Below are positions 1 to 13,798 of a stretch of 64,000 nucleotides of DNA, piece after piece. Made by a program: the position numbers and the translations under genes. The notes under the pieces were generated by a model that searched no databases, had not been told where the DNA came from, and saw only the letters and a list, made by a program, of their open reading frames with translations. Source of the stretch: the human T2T-CHM13v2.0 reference genome, Homo sapiens; the NCBI RefSeq assembly GCF_009914755.1, contig NC_060926.1. One strand, given 5' to 3'. Numbering within the stretch: position 1 is the stretch's first letter; every line of letters begins with the position of its first letter.

Positions 1-1530
1 GTTTGCAAATGCTGGAGATAACTTCCTCCTAAAAAGATTTTTTTAATGTCTCATGGAATTCTATTGTACATGTTTTGGGAAATGTTAATCTAAAGTAATA
101 TCTGAAAACCTTTTTACTGTAAAAGGTTGTATTATTAATGTAAAATAATAATTTAAATTACTGAATTTGTTAAATTGTTGGATCTGCTTTCTGAGTTGAC
201 CTCCAGTTAGAGTCCTGTCTATACCCAGTGAGGTAGCAATGGCCAAACAGAGGGTTCAGATAGCAACCTCTTTATGATGGATTTGAACCAGTATGGCCAA
301 GACAATCGTTTCTCTTCTGGACTAGTGTGGAACTTTGGCTCTATGTACCATATTAGCTGTATCTGGGTGGCATGGGCTGTTCTTTGATGGCTACTTTTTT
401 ATTGAGGGTCTATATTAGTAGTAAAACTTAGTCTTTACTTATGCACTTTCTCAAAGTTGATCCCTTATGGTTTGTCTTGATGCAGATTCTCACAGGGAGA
501 ATCACAGAGTGATTACCTGACCTCCTAATGGATGTAGAAGCTTATATGTCACCTTGAGGTTACAGAAAATCTTGATGCAGATTTAAGAAAAAGCTACAGC
601 CTGGGCTTAAGCCCGTGGATATGGGATTCAAGTCATGCTAGAGAGCTGGTCTAGTGAGAAGAGTCTGAACATAGTGCTTCTTAGTGGAGTTCAAGTAGAG
701 GGCAATGAACAGTCTTGGAGTTAACTGATGAGCAAGGAATTGTTCTGGGCATATCATGCAGATGGCTGTAAAATCTTTCTTGACTTTTAGTCATGAGTAA
801 CTACTAGAAGGTATGGAAATCATGGTCATGAATGACAATTGCATTGCATCTTTGAGACCACTTGGATTCTGTTGGCCTTGGTGTTAGAGACTACAACACT
901 GAGAATAGAATCCTTTAGCAAAGCAACAACCTATTCTGGGCTAGAGTAAAATATACAGTATAGACCCCTTTCTGACTTAAGTTATTAAACTTGAGGTTCT
1001 TTAATTATCTGGAAAGAAAAATTTCTGTAGGAAAATAGCTTTTCTGTGATTCAGGGACCATATTATTATATAGTATAAACTTTATATGTTTTCTCAAAGG
1101 AGAGACTTTTTAACTAGATTTGATACTGAAAATGGTGCAATCCTGATTGTAGCTTATGAATGTGTTGTATTTCTCTGGAGGAGTCAGTGGGTTTTTTTTT
1201 TTTTTGGTTGTTTTTGTTGGTTTATTTGTTCTTTCTCAGTTGAGTTATTGTGCTGTGGTGGCTAGGTTTTCTTTAGAATGCTTGCATGTTATTGATTTTA
1301 ATCAACTTCATCTAACAAAAACCACATGCACAAATCTTTTTGAGATACAGGTTTTACTCCATATACTCATCTCTATTGTGAGTATAATTAAAGTTATTTG
1401 AGGCCACACCCTTAGTCTTCTTTCTAGGAAACATCTTATTCCACTGAAAGAATCTGCCTGGCACTACCTTAATCCTTTTAGGGATATTTTTACAGCTTAT
1501 CTTTTCACAGCCTTGTTTTAATAACTTCAG

Positions 1531-1585
1531 TTTTTATTTTAGATACATAGGGTCCAAGTGCAGGTTTGTTACGTGAGTATATTGC
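1531..1585 (-). mobile_element. Very short L1PA (older, about PA13-16) 3'-end fragment
   Basis: T-rich tail followed by ...gtgcaggtttgttacgtgagtatattgc, the antisense of the L1PA 3' terminus. Confidence 0.55.
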
Positions 1586-2859
1586 TCTTAGGGATCTTGA
1601 TAAGTGGTATGACAGCCACACTCTGGTTTGAAGCTTGCCTCAAGACTGAGTCTTAGTGGCCTTTCTAACTCAAAGGTTTTCTTAATTTTTAACTTTACTG
1701 TAGAGGATTAAAAAAAAGTTTCATTTTCAACCTCTTTAAACTCCAGCATTTTGGATAACTCCACATTCTTTTGCATTTCTGCTTGCAAACTAATTAGTTC
1801 ATTTCTGAGCTCATCCCTTTCTCAAAGCACACAGTCAAATGCAGGTGGAAAGAACCAGTTCACACTATCAACATTCTGCCTCAAAAACTCCTTGCCCAAA
1901 TCTGTTGCGTATGTATTTTTTTCTTGCTATCTATGTTGTTTCAGGTGACAGATTTACCAATTTTTTTCCAGCATATTACATAGGTTTTCATTTTTTAAAA
2001 TTCAATCTCCTATTTTGGTTTCCTAGTTGGTTTCTGTAAAGTTTCAAAATAGTGTCACATTTTAAAGATTTTATTATAGCCAGTATCCTTATAATAATAT
2101 TGTTCTTGCTCAAGAGTCAGGTTTTCTTAAGTGACTCTGCTTCAAGTTGTGGTTTGGGTTCATTTCTGATCCAAATGTCTCTCTTTATAGGTCCACTGGG
2201 TATCCAGGACACACATTTTCTATAGTGGACAGGAGATGCTCAGAATAAGTGAGAGGGAATGTTCAGTGTCTATTAAGGCCACAGCTCATCACAGAAACCA
2301 TGCCATTTTCTCCCATATATTATTTGTAAAACTAGTTATCTGGACAAGCCCGCATAAATGGGATGGGGAAGTATTCTTTGCTCATGATGGACCACAGCAA
2401 AGAAAGGAAGAATGTCAGCAACTCACAAAATTTACTAGAGAGAAGATGGTCCAGGATATTACTCTCTGGAACATGCAGCTATTGAAGGTTTCAGGGAAAA
2501 TAATCTTATGCACACCTATTGCTGCTAACGCTGCTGATGATCAACATTACCGTGGCAATTCAGTGAAAGAGCCCTAAATAATGTTGGCTTCTGAACACTT
2601 GCTTAGAATTGGCAGATTCTACTTTTTCTCTTTTCAAAAATTATGTTATACTTTGGTGCTTCCAAAATTTTTGAAACTTCCACATTTTCTCTAGATTTCA
2701 CAAAATCACTGACAGTGGATGGTGGTCATATAGGTGAATTTTTATTTATTTGTTTTATTTTTTATTTTTTAAGTATCCCAAACCACGGTCAATTCTTCTC
2801 AACTTTTTTATGTGTTGAAACTTCAAATTTTCAGATAAATTGAAAGCATGGTTCAGTTG

Positions 2860-3405
2860 TGCCCATGAGACTCTGATCGGGAAAACAGAGGTACACTCAT
2901 TATTTTAGCAGAAAGAATTCAGCATAGGAGATATGTTCAACAGACACTGGAGGACTAAAACCTAGATGCACGGAAAAGGGGTCCACAGAGTTTATAGCCA
3001 GACTTCAAAAAGCAGAGCAGGTGCTGCCCAGCTGGAGCTAACAAGCTGGGGGCTTGGAGGAGGCTCCTTGCGAAGACGGGGCAAAGGCAGGCTGGAAGAT
3101 GGCAATGAGTCCGGTTCTTTGATTTGAATGTTTGAGAAAGGAAACTGGAACCAAGTGCTACTGGGAAACAACTGCCTATTAGGTTGAAGAATTGCTGGGG
3201 GGATGCTGCAGGAACAGCAAGTAGACAGAAGGCTTCACTTTGCTTCTCCCTCTTGCAGCCTTCAGTCTCTCTTCTGCCACCGTAGCACAGGAGCCTAATG
3301 TGAGGACAGCTGGCTAAGGAGAAACAGGGTTTCCTGAGTTTCATCCCAAGCATCATAAACAACAAACAAAGATGTGGTGTTGGGATCCAATAACAAATAC
3401 CTATA
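2860..3405 (-). mobile_element. Old ERVL LTR (LTR33-family-like)
   Basis: Shares order and motifs with the better preserved element at 43600-44197 (aaacagag..cacac..attttagcagaaagaatt; cagctggc..aaggagaaa; cccaagcatca). Confidence 0.45.
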
Positions 3406-4211
3406 TGCTCTTTACTTATTTTATCAGTTGATAAAATTTTGTGTCATTGGTTTATCTGTTTATCAACTTTTTGGGGGGAGGAATTTTAAAGTGATGATAC
3501 CAACAAAAAAAAAAAAAAAGAAGAAGAAGAAAGTGATGATACGTCTTCCCCAAGTACTTTAACAGGTGCCCTGCAAATGACACAACATCACTAGCACATA
3601 TGAAAACAATAACAAAAAGTCAATACTTCTGTCGTAATACAGTCTATACTAAAACATCTTCAACTGTCCCCAAGATACCTCCCTTTTATAACTGTTTTTT
3701 GTCCCCTTGATTCAGGATCCAACCAAATTCTGTACATTGCATTGACTGTTAAGTTTTTTGAATCATCGAAATATTTTAAGTGGTATTAAAAATGTTAGAG
3801 TCTCGGTCATTTTTTTTTTTTTTTACAGAATGTTCCTCATTATGGATATTTAAAAAGTATTTTCTATGTGCAGAATTGGAAATGATACTACAAAGATAAT
3901 GTTATGTAATTTTATTTTAACATCAGAGGCAGATATTGTCAATTCGTCCCATTATTGGTAATATTTATTGGTAATACTAGGTTTGATCACTTAAGTGGTG
4001 ATAGCCTGGCACCTTCATTTTAGAAATACATTTTCCCTTTTATAATTACTAATTAATACATGAGATGAAACTTCAAGATCATGTGATTATTGTATTTCCG
4101 AGCAACTTTTTATGAGTGACTTTAGTATCTCTCAATGATACTTGCCTGAATTAGTTATTATCTTAGGGGTTGCAAAATAGTGATTTTTTCCTAAGCATTA
4201 TTCTACATTTA

Positions 4212-5051
4212 TGTGATGGCTAATTTTATGTGTCAACTTTGACTTGGCCGTGGAATGCCCAGATAGCTGATTGAACATTGTATCTGGGTGCATCTGTGAA
4301 GGTGTTTCAGGAGATGAGCATTGGGACCAGTGGACCAAATGAAGCAGACCTCCTCCCAATGTGAGTGGGCATCACCCAACCCACTGAGGGCCTGAATAGA
4401 GCAAAAAGGAAAGGAAGAGGCAGGTTAAATCCACTCCATCTGACTACATGAGTTGGGACATTAACCCTCTCCTGTCCCCAGTGCTCTTGGTTCTCAGGTT
4501 TCTAGACCCAAACTGGAACTGGAATCTATAATATCAGCTTTCTGAATCTTGGGCATGTGAACTACACCATTGGCTTTCTTGGGTCTCCAGCTTCCAGAGG
4601 GCAAATCAGCCTCCATAATATCATGAGCAAATAACTTATAAAAACCTCTTCATATATCACATATATTGTGTGTCTATATATATGAAGTAGAAAATATATA
4701 TTTATAAATATATATTATATATGTATGATATATAATATATGTATGATATATAATATATGTATGATTCATAATATATTATATACATATATTATATAGTATA
4801 TAATATATAATATACGTACTATGTAATATACATATATAAAATATAAATATTTATAAATATATAATATATATTTATAAACCTGAATATATGATATATAAAT
4901 ATATTATATATGATATAATACATTTATAAACATGTAATATGTAATATATTTATAAATATATAATATAGCATATGTATAATATATATTTTTATAAATATTA
5001 TATATGTATATATTTCCTGCTGGTTCTGTTTCTCTAGTGAACTCTAATAGA
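4212..5051 (+). mobile_element. MLT2 (ERVL) solo LTR with an internal TA-rich expansion
   Basis: Starts tgtgatggctaattttatgtgtcaac, ends ggttctgtttctctagtgaactctaataga; 5-bp TSD attta (4207-4211) / actta (5052-5056). Confidence 0.85.
4650..5012. repeat. Degenerate (TA)n-rich tract, about 360 bp
   Basis: Almost only A/T, includes three near-tandem copies of tatatgtatgatatataa. Confidence 0.9.
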
Positions 5052-6571
5052 ACTTATGAGCTGACTTTCTTTCCATTTTTCTCTTCTTTATCCCTGTTTT
5101 CTACATAACAATAAGGACACATAGTTTTTTTTAATTCAACATGTTATAATCCATTTCCAAAATTAGTCTATTTGTGTCAAATTATGACAGATTTAGACAA
5201 TAAGAGCTTTGTAAAGATGGCTCCTGTGTTTCACTCAAACTTCTGATTTTAGTTTCAATTTCAAGTCACTCAACTCACAGTGAAAATGTAGTTCTTTGAG
5301 CTACAGAGTGCAAAAGCAGAAGAAAGAAATCATACAAATAACACTTTTTCAGCATTTACAAATCCAAGCATTATCTCCTTAAAAAGCTAAGGGGCTAAGC
5401 AAAATTAAAAGGTGGGAAAGGGAACTATGACCCGAATCCCTAATTGTTCAGTACTGTTCTGTCTGCCTTGCCCATCATGAGTTGTCCTCTGCCTGTGAAT
5501 ATTCTAATGTTTCCAGGAATGTCACAAGAAAGAGAGTACAAGGTTGTTCAATGACACTGGCTGGGGGGATGTAGCAGGCTGGCAGGGAGTATAGCAGTTC
5601 TGAGCAGTCTTATGTTAGTGCAGGACCCAGGAGTTCCGGTACATCTCATTTTCTATTAGTTCAAAGTTACATCACTGAGTGACATCATTTGAGTTAAATT
5701 ATTGAGAGTTACACTATTATTCTCTAATGTTCTCATGCTCACCATGTTTATATCTTCCTAGGTGAGGTGGCCATGCTTATTGGAATAGCTATTTCATTTG
5801 GGGTGATATATCCATGATTACAACCAAACAAGAGGAGGCATTCTTCATAATATTTTGAAATACACATAACACCCTGCTGTATCCCTTATTCATGGTCACC
5901 TAGGCTTTCAACACTTTTTTGCTTTTTGCCACATGATGTTGCAGATTTATTGAGCATTTCCACGTCTCAGATCTGGAATCGGCCATTTCTTAGAGAGGCC
6001 CGACTCCCTAGCATTTGGGAATTAAGATCTGAGAGCCATGTGTGTTCACTGCTTCTGTGTCATCATTGACTCTAGGCCCTTTCAGTAGAAAAGCAAGAAA
6101 ATATTTGCATATTTAAACCATGAGATCATCCTGACATTTCTAATTCAAATTTTACCTGGCAGGATTTCCTTAGTTTAGTTTATTTGATATTTTTATTTTA
6201 TTTTTCTTACAAGGAAAATATTGGGTTCTAATGATATCAAGGCACTTACTTATTTGCTTGTCTGTAGTAGAAGTAAACACTTTCACATTTTTAATATCAA
6301 TATTAATACTAACAAGAAACTTACTAAATAAAGGTTCTGGTGGTTCTTTTTGTCCTTAAGCAATATCATACTAAAAGTGTATATTTGGAGTACTGCATTC
6401 AAAATTGTCTTGGATTATTTAGTTTCTCTGACTGGTTATGTCAAAAATTAAAATAGAGTTAGACTTTTACTAAAATAGAGTTAGGTTTTTATTTCTGTTT
6501 TTACTGAGTTTTCTATAACTCCATAACTATTTTTAGTCTAAAGATGTTTGCTTCTTTAAAAGTAGGGTATT

Positions 6572-6857
6572 GACTGGGGACAGTGGCTCATGCCTCTAAT
6601 CCCAGCAGTTTGGGAGGCTTAAGCAGGAGCATGACTTGAGCCCAGGAGTTTGAGATCTGCCTGCGCAACATAGCGAGACTGTGTCTTTACAAATAATAAT
6701 AATAAAAATATTGGCCAGGCATGGTGGCATACACTGAGGTGGGAGGATCACCTGCGTCCTGGCGGTTGAGGCTTCAGTAAGCCGTGATTGTGCCACTGCA
6801 CTCCAGCCTGGGTGACAGAGCAAGACCTCATCTCAAAAAAACTAAATTAAATTAAAA
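6572..6857 (+). mobile_element. AluJ with an internal deletion in the right arm
   Basis: Left arm cttgagcccaggagtttgag (J-type); right arm jumps from gtggcataca to ctgaggtgggaggatcac; A-rich tail. Confidence 0.9.
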
Positions 6858-9019
6858 CAGAGGATTGTCCCTCCTAATCGCCTTCCATATCCTGTATTTT
6901 ATTCTCTTTTACTTCTTTCATCCATTTATTCCAGTGAGAAAAATAATAATAATGATAGCACGTATTGAGTACTTACTGTAATTCATGTGTTCTTCATTCA
7001 ATACTACTAAAAAAGTACATGTAAAGAATAACAATCACATGACAGATATGATTTTAAGTATACAGACATATTCCAAGTATACATGCTAGGAGCATAGTTT
7101 AAGAAGGGTTTTATGGTAAATGGCGGAACTTTGCCGTTTTTCAGCTTTTCAAGTTACTTACTTCATGTAAGTCTTTGGTTTTTTCATCTGCAAAATAGAG
7201 ATGGTAAGACTTTATCTTCATGCAGGTTTAAATGAGTATAATTATCAAAGATTGAAAACTGAATATTTCAAAGATCTTTTCAAATATTGCACTTCTTGGT
7301 AAAAATCATAAAGATAGAACAAACGAAGATAAAGACAAATGTCAGTTTGGATTGGATCAACTACACCAGAGGCGCTGAATGAATAGACCTCTGGGGAGAC
7401 ATGGAGAACCCTGGCACATGATGCTCACTTGGCAACTGGGAAAATGACAACTATGTGCTAGGTGCTGACATATAGTTATCTGACATCATCATCATCACCC
7501 AAATCACTTTAAAATAAATATTAATTCATGGTTCAACAACCTGTAAATCTAAAGATAAGATTACACATTCCTCAGCCTGGTAGCAGAGCCTGAGGTCCTT
7601 CTACTAGAACCTTCCTTTTATAGCTAAAAGAATGCCTGGGGGCCATGGGCAATGCACGTGGTTTTCTAAGACATAATCATAAAACTATCTTTCCTGGTGA
7701 GGGGATTTGTACATTAGCAAATAAGAGAATTACATTCACTGCAAACTCGCAACTTTTGCCTAAGTAGAAATGACCAGAGAATAAGCATCCACATTTGGAA
7801 AACTGAATAATAAAAATTGCCCTTTGTTCTGGGCCTAATCCTGCAGTGTACATGGATTCTCTGCCAGGTTTTTCAGAATGATCAGGGAAAGTTGAAAACA
7901 GAACCACTTAATTCATTTAAAGATCAAAAGGGTGTGCATATGATATGATTTCATTAAGAATTAAATAATCCACATGGTTTCAAGGTTAATGAGAAAAAAC
8001 TACCCAACATATCTGCTTAAAATTCCCAGAAGGCATTTGAATGAGGAATAAAGGCCTTTAACTAAGAACAGACTCTACTAGGTTTAATAAGAAGTGATTT
8101 CCCCTAATTGCAATTTCCTTGAAAAAGATATTCAAGGCCTCAGAGTTTGACAAATTGTAGCAAAGGATTGGTGTAGGAGATTCAACTGGACAAAAAAATG
8201 GGAGTTTTGAATTCAGCAAGCTCTATGATCTCTTGAATAGAGCCTACCAATTTTACTCTGTGCAGTGCAGGCCCTTGAAAATATCAAATAAAGTTGAAGA
8301 GCAAAATGTGTGGAAATTACTTAATTTGTTGATTGCAATGGTTTTTCCCATTAGGACTATTACTCAAGAGTGAGGTTAATGACCCTGCAGGAGCCAGGAA
8401 GAAGCAAGAGAAATCTCAGGGAGCTCAGAACACAAAGCCTGATGATGAGAAAAAAATGTTAAGAGAGCAGCACCCAGCTCAAAGGTGGAGACATCGTGAC
8501 AAAATGAACTCAGGAGCAAATACAGGGATTTTGCTCTCACTGTGAGCAGCATGGAGGCCCTCATTCTGAGCCCTAACTCCTTGAGGGAAATAGAGAATCG
8601 AATAAATCTCAGTCTGGAGTCATGGATTTATTTTTTCTTATTCCAGTTAAGAAAATCATTGGATTTTTAACATTTTGGGCTCAAGGTCTCACTCTGAAAA
8701 TCTAATGAAAAGTCATGATCATGCCACCAAAAAAATGCACATAAGCATACTCTAGCAAAATTTTGCTTGTAATTTCAGGTATATGTAATCTAAAAGCTTT
8801 CCTTCCTACTGGTTAAGAACTTCCACTTTATAGGGCCAATAAAAGCAGGTAACTCCATTCTAGGGACTTACCCTGTGACACTCTTTGACAAAAATCATCT
8901 AATTGAATCCTCATCACAACCACATAACATGGGAATCTATATCTCTATTATCTAGGAGAAACAAAGTGCAAAGAATTTCAGTCATCTAGAAAGCAAGGGT
9001 GACTGTTAAGAAGTATGAG

Positions 9020-10070
9020 GCAGAGACATTATTGGACTGCTTGGCACCCCTGTGGCCCCCGCTCGTTTTTATAGCTTCATGGAGTTAGGGACAGCTAGAG
9101 ACCAGTTCTGTCCAATGGCTTGAGAGCAAAAGCAGAGTGTGCCATTTCTGGACCACAGTTAGAATCAGTTTGTGACTCACTAGCTTTCCTCCCCTACCCT
9201 GCTGACCATGGAAGCTTCATGTTAAGATGGAAGACAGTTTTGCTGCTGCTAAGAAATGCAAATCCTAATTGCCGATGATGTAAAACCACAGGTTTATTTC
9301 TTTCTCACTCTACCTGTACAAGAAAGGGTTGCTGGGGACTGTGCTCACTGTAGTTACTCAAGTACCCAGGCTGGTGGTGGTCCATTGCATAAGTGCCCAC
9401 GATTGCTGAGATGGGAAATAAAATGTTGGATTGTATACTCCATAATTCAACAACTCTTGGTCTGCCTCTCAGAAATGATAAACATTAATTCCCCTCTCAT
9501 TTCATTGGCAAAGATATTCACTTGCCCACTGTGATGGCTAGTATTCAATTAAACACCAAACTATGTGGCTGTGAAGTTATTTTGTATATTTGATTCATAT
9601 ATAGAATCAGTTGACTTTAACTAAAGGCGGTTATTCCTGATCATCTGGGTGGGTAGGCTTAGTGTAACCAGTGACAAGCCTTTAAGAGCCAAACTGGGGT
9701 TTCCCTGAGAAAGAAGGAATTCTGCCTCAAGATTGTGGCATGAGCTGTTGCCGAAGGGTTCGTAGCTTGCCCATCTGCTGTACAAATTTTGGACTTAAAA
9801 ACCCCAACAATGATGTAAGCCAATCCCTTGAAATAAATAAATACATATAAATGTAAGTAGATATCCTAAGGGTTCTATTTCTCTGGAGAATCCTGACATA
9901 CACAGCCACACTAAACTTCAGTGGGGCATATCTACTGGGCCTGGAAGTGGAAAATCTCTGATCAGCTCTAAAGAACACCAGAATGTCTGAGTCATTATCT
10001 TCCAGAAACTACTTGAGTTGCATTGGGTTCTGTGTGAAAGAAAAATAAGTTTACGATAAAACAAGGCTGA
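9020..10070. mobile_element. Nested old MaLR (MLT1-type) LTR fragments hosting an MLT2D
   Basis: Degenerate MLT1 motifs (gttctgtccaatgg..gagcaaaag; ggtttatttctttctcac; tcatttcattggcaaag) on both sides of the MLT2D. Confidence 0.45.
9530..9904 (+). mobile_element. MLT2D-like solo LTR
   Basis: tgtgatggcta... aaactggggtttccctgagaaagaaggaattctgcctcaag ...ggttctatttctctggagaatcctgacatacaca; TSD cccac/gccac. Confidence 0.8.
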
Positions 10071-11424
10071 AATATTTTTATTTTTTTGTTTAATTTTTTA
10101 GAAACTGTATTGACATTTCTTCAAAGGGTATAAAATTAAAAAATAATCACTGGGTATACTTTTAAGAAATAAATACATCCATGTAACCAGTATACAGATT
10201 AAGGAAGTAAATATAGCCAACACCCTCAAGAAATCACCTTTCTTTCTATTAAGCTGCTGGATTTTTAAGCTGAATTTTTCTTCACACATATCTTAGCCTA
10301 TCTTATCTAACGTACAATCCAAATTGAACTTAGTGTACTTTATTTGTTTTCAAAGCCAACAAAATTTTTCCCACAAAGAGTACTGCTAGGGTCTCTTCCC
10401 AGCACAGCACATATATACATAACACATTATTGTTATTGCTAATTAATATTTATCAAATACTTAGAAGCCAGGCGCAGTGAGCATTTTACTTAATGATAAC
10501 ATAGATAACAATGGTGAAAATATCTCCCAGTCACTGGGCTAATTATCATAGTTTGTGTTAACATTTCTAAAAAGAAAAATCTTGAAGTTAATGCTATCTA
10601 CTTTACAGATGGGAAAACTGAGGAGGTCACCTGACTTGATAAAGCGAATCTTCAAAGAGAGGATGATCTAACCCTGTAGCATATGCTCTGAGCCACTATT
10701 TTGTACCTTTTCTTGTAGTCGGGACTCTGCACCATGCTGTGCAAAAATGTAGACTGCTGTGCTGGGGGTTTGGGTCCAAGCTGGGAGGCTTTTGTTAGCC
10801 CATGAATGACAGGGAGTCCTTAACAAATTCCTCTCCCTTCTGGCCTCTGATTCTTCTCCTTCTGGATCTGTGTAGGCAGATTCAACCTTGACTAGTGATG
10901 CCCAATGTCAGGTCCCTGGACACTTAGGGTCAGCAAAGCTGGAATTTGTGAGCTGCTTTTCCCCAGCTGTTATTAAAAGTTTCAAAAAACATAAAAATTT
11001 GAAGAATATTTTAACAGACATCTGTACACTCTCCTCCTGCATTTGTGAACATTTTGTCATATTTGCTTCCATCTCTCTGTTTCTCTTTCTTTCTCTCTCT
11101 CTCACACACCCACATATGCACACACACACATGGAGATACACACACACATATTTTAGACATCTCTCATGTAAACCTTGCACATTTAAGCATCTACCTCTTA
11201 TCTCTCAAGGACAGCCTCCTTCATAACCACAATTACTATTAGCAGCCCTGGAAAAATTGGCAATAATTTAAAAATATCACCTAGTATCTCCTTCTTGTTA
11301 AAATTTTACTAATTATTCCAAAGATATATTTTATAGCTTTTATTGTTTTGAATCAGAATCCCATCAGGGTATGGGATCTCATTTGGTTCTTATGCCATTT
11401 CAGTCTCTTATAGTCTAGAAATAC

Positions 11425-11560
11425 CCTATCGAATATAATTCTTTAGTATCACTAGCTATACTTCAAGTGCTTAATAGCCACATGTGGCTAATGGTTACTA
11501 TATTGTACACCAAAGATAAAAAATATATTCACTATTACTTGAAGTTTTAATGGACAGGCC
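11425..11560. mobile_element. MER3/MER33-like hAT-Charlie MITE fragment
   Basis: actagctatacttcaagtgcttaatagccacatgtggctaatggttactatattg. Confidence 0.65.
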
Positions 11561-11632
11561 TGAGTTGGAACAATTCCTGCATATTTTCTTTTCATGATAT
11601 TGGCTTTTGGAAGAGCCCAAGAGACCTGTTTT

Positions 11633-11923
11633 CAGGAACAGAAAACCAAACACCACATGTTCTCACTCGTAAGTGGGAATTGAACAATGAGAACACATGG
11701 ACACAGGGAGGGGAACAATACATACCAGGGCTAGTCGGAGGGTGGGGGGCGTGGGGAGGGACAGCATTAAGACAAATAGCTAATGCATGTGGGACTTAAA
11801 ACCTAGGCGATGGGTTGATAGGTGCAGCAAACCACCATGGCACACATTTACCTATGTAACAAACCTACACATTCTGCACTTGTATCCTGGAACTTATAGT
11901 AAAATAAAAAATAATCTAAAAAA
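11633..11923 (+). mobile_element. 5'-truncated L1PA8-L1PA10 3' end
   Basis: caggaacagaaaaccaaacaccacatgttctcactc... G-rich 3'UTR tract ...ggtgcagcaaaccaccatggcacac...; A-rich tail; ctgtttt on both flanks. Confidence 0.9.
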
Positions 11924-13254
11924 ACAGTGCTGTTTTACAGAATTCCCACATTCTGACTTTGTCTGATCAGTACTTCTTGGTATCTCAGAAATGAAATTTA
12001 GATCTAAATCTTGATTAGATTGAGATTAAACGTTTTTGACATGAATAATACACAGACAATGTTATATTTCCCAAGGTATCACATCAGAAAGCTCATAGTA
12101 TCAGGTTGTATTACTGTTGCCAATATTATACTTTATTCCTTGGTTACGATCATGATATCTCTCCATTGTTAAGCTGTTTCTCCTTTGTAACTACTAAGTA
12201 ATCTGTGAGGAGATATTTTGGTACCATGCAAAGTCCCTATTTTTCTAAGCAGATATTGGCCATGCTTTCTGTATCCATTGATGATTCTTGCCTGAATCAA
12301 TTATCATCTATTGAGGACTGAAAAATTATTTTTCTAGTTACAATTCTATCATTCTTTATATGTTCATTAACTGACATTATTTTGTAAAGGGAATATCTTT
12401 TTTCTCTATTTTTTCTTTCTTTTTCTTTTTTCTTTGTTGGAATGCAACTATGAACTCATAGAATTTTACTTATTTCAATGACTTAAATCAGGTAGTGTCT
12501 CTCTCTCTTATTTTACTCTCACAGCTTCTAAATTTGGCTAGTGAGAGCTCCTTTGAGCTGGCTACTCCGTCATTTTGTCATGACCATGTCAACCTTCAAA
12601 AACTTTCTTTTTTTTCTGACACATCAAAATTTCTCAAGTTCATCTTGAGATGTACTTTCTCTGGCTTAGGCCTGGAGCAGTCATTTCTCCAAGGAACCCT
12701 GGTTGTCTCTTTACTGGGGAATGGTATTCGGCAGTCAACATGTGTGTGACCACTTAGTTGTCTGTGACCTATTTTAATATTTTAAAAATCTAGCTGTTAA
12801 TTAAACAGCAAACCTCTTTACTTTCAAATGAAATTATATCAGTTTTGTAAAAAAGTAATGGGTTGATGATTCTAAACTGATTAGAAACTCTGAAGAGTAT
12901 TTCCACTGACGTAGTTTAATTTATAAGGGGAAACGAGACATTTCACCACTGCAGTAGAAAAAAATCTCAATCCCTTTCCTGTTCTTCCTCTCTATTTAAA
13001 AGAGCAATGCCCAATTTCTAGCCATCTTTAATGACGTTTTAAACTGTGATTCATCTTAGTACTAATAGTGTAGCAAGATTATAGTTAATAATTTTGAAGC
13101 TTCCAGCTAAGAAAATGTCCTGGAGGGACATTGGTATTCCAGATTCTGAGGCTATTTAGTTCTCATGTAAAGGGATCATCTATTATCGTAGAATGCAGGT
13201 CAGTAAAACAAATTTGACAGAATATTTAGGAAAGAACTTCTTCTGGTGAATTTT

Positions 13255-13456
13255 ATACATTTTATATATATATATATACACACACTGTATTTTATATATA
13301 GTGTATATATATTTTATATATCTAATAGTTCACCAAATATATATATATTATATATAATATATAGGCTAAATTTATATTGTATATATTTATATTATACAAT
13401 ATATATACTATATGTAGTCCACAAAATGTATATATATATACACATATATATATATA
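13255..13456. repeat. Degenerate (TA)n tract
   Basis: About 200 bp of interrupted TA repeats. Confidence 0.85.
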
Positions 13457-13514
13457 AACCTGTTTTATTTCTCTTTTCCCAAATGTTAAAAGCTTACCTT
13501 TAAAACTTTAAACA

Positions 13515-13798
<284 letters not shown>

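Larger units (their letters stand above)
3545..6540 (-). mobile_element. L1MC4/L1MC5-like 3' region, interrupted by an MLT2 LTR
   Basis: Degenerate matches to L1MC 3' antisense motifs (tcccattattggt, tttgatcacttaagtggtg, cttgcctgaattagttatta, ctggaatcggccatttct). Confidence 0.6.
10960..12790 (-). mobile_element. Second L1MC4/L1MC5-like 3' region, interrupted by MER3/MER33 and L1PA
   Basis: Same motif series as 3545-6540 (ttcatgatattgg, tccattgatgattcttgcctgaatcaattatc, ggagcagtcatttctccaaggaaccctggtt). Confidence 0.6.

Noticed and set aside
3545-12790. Possible local duplication between 3.5-6.5 kb and 11-12.8 kb
   Set aside because: Similarity is limited to degenerate L1MC 3' motifs with different nested insertions, consistent with two independent ancient L1 copies
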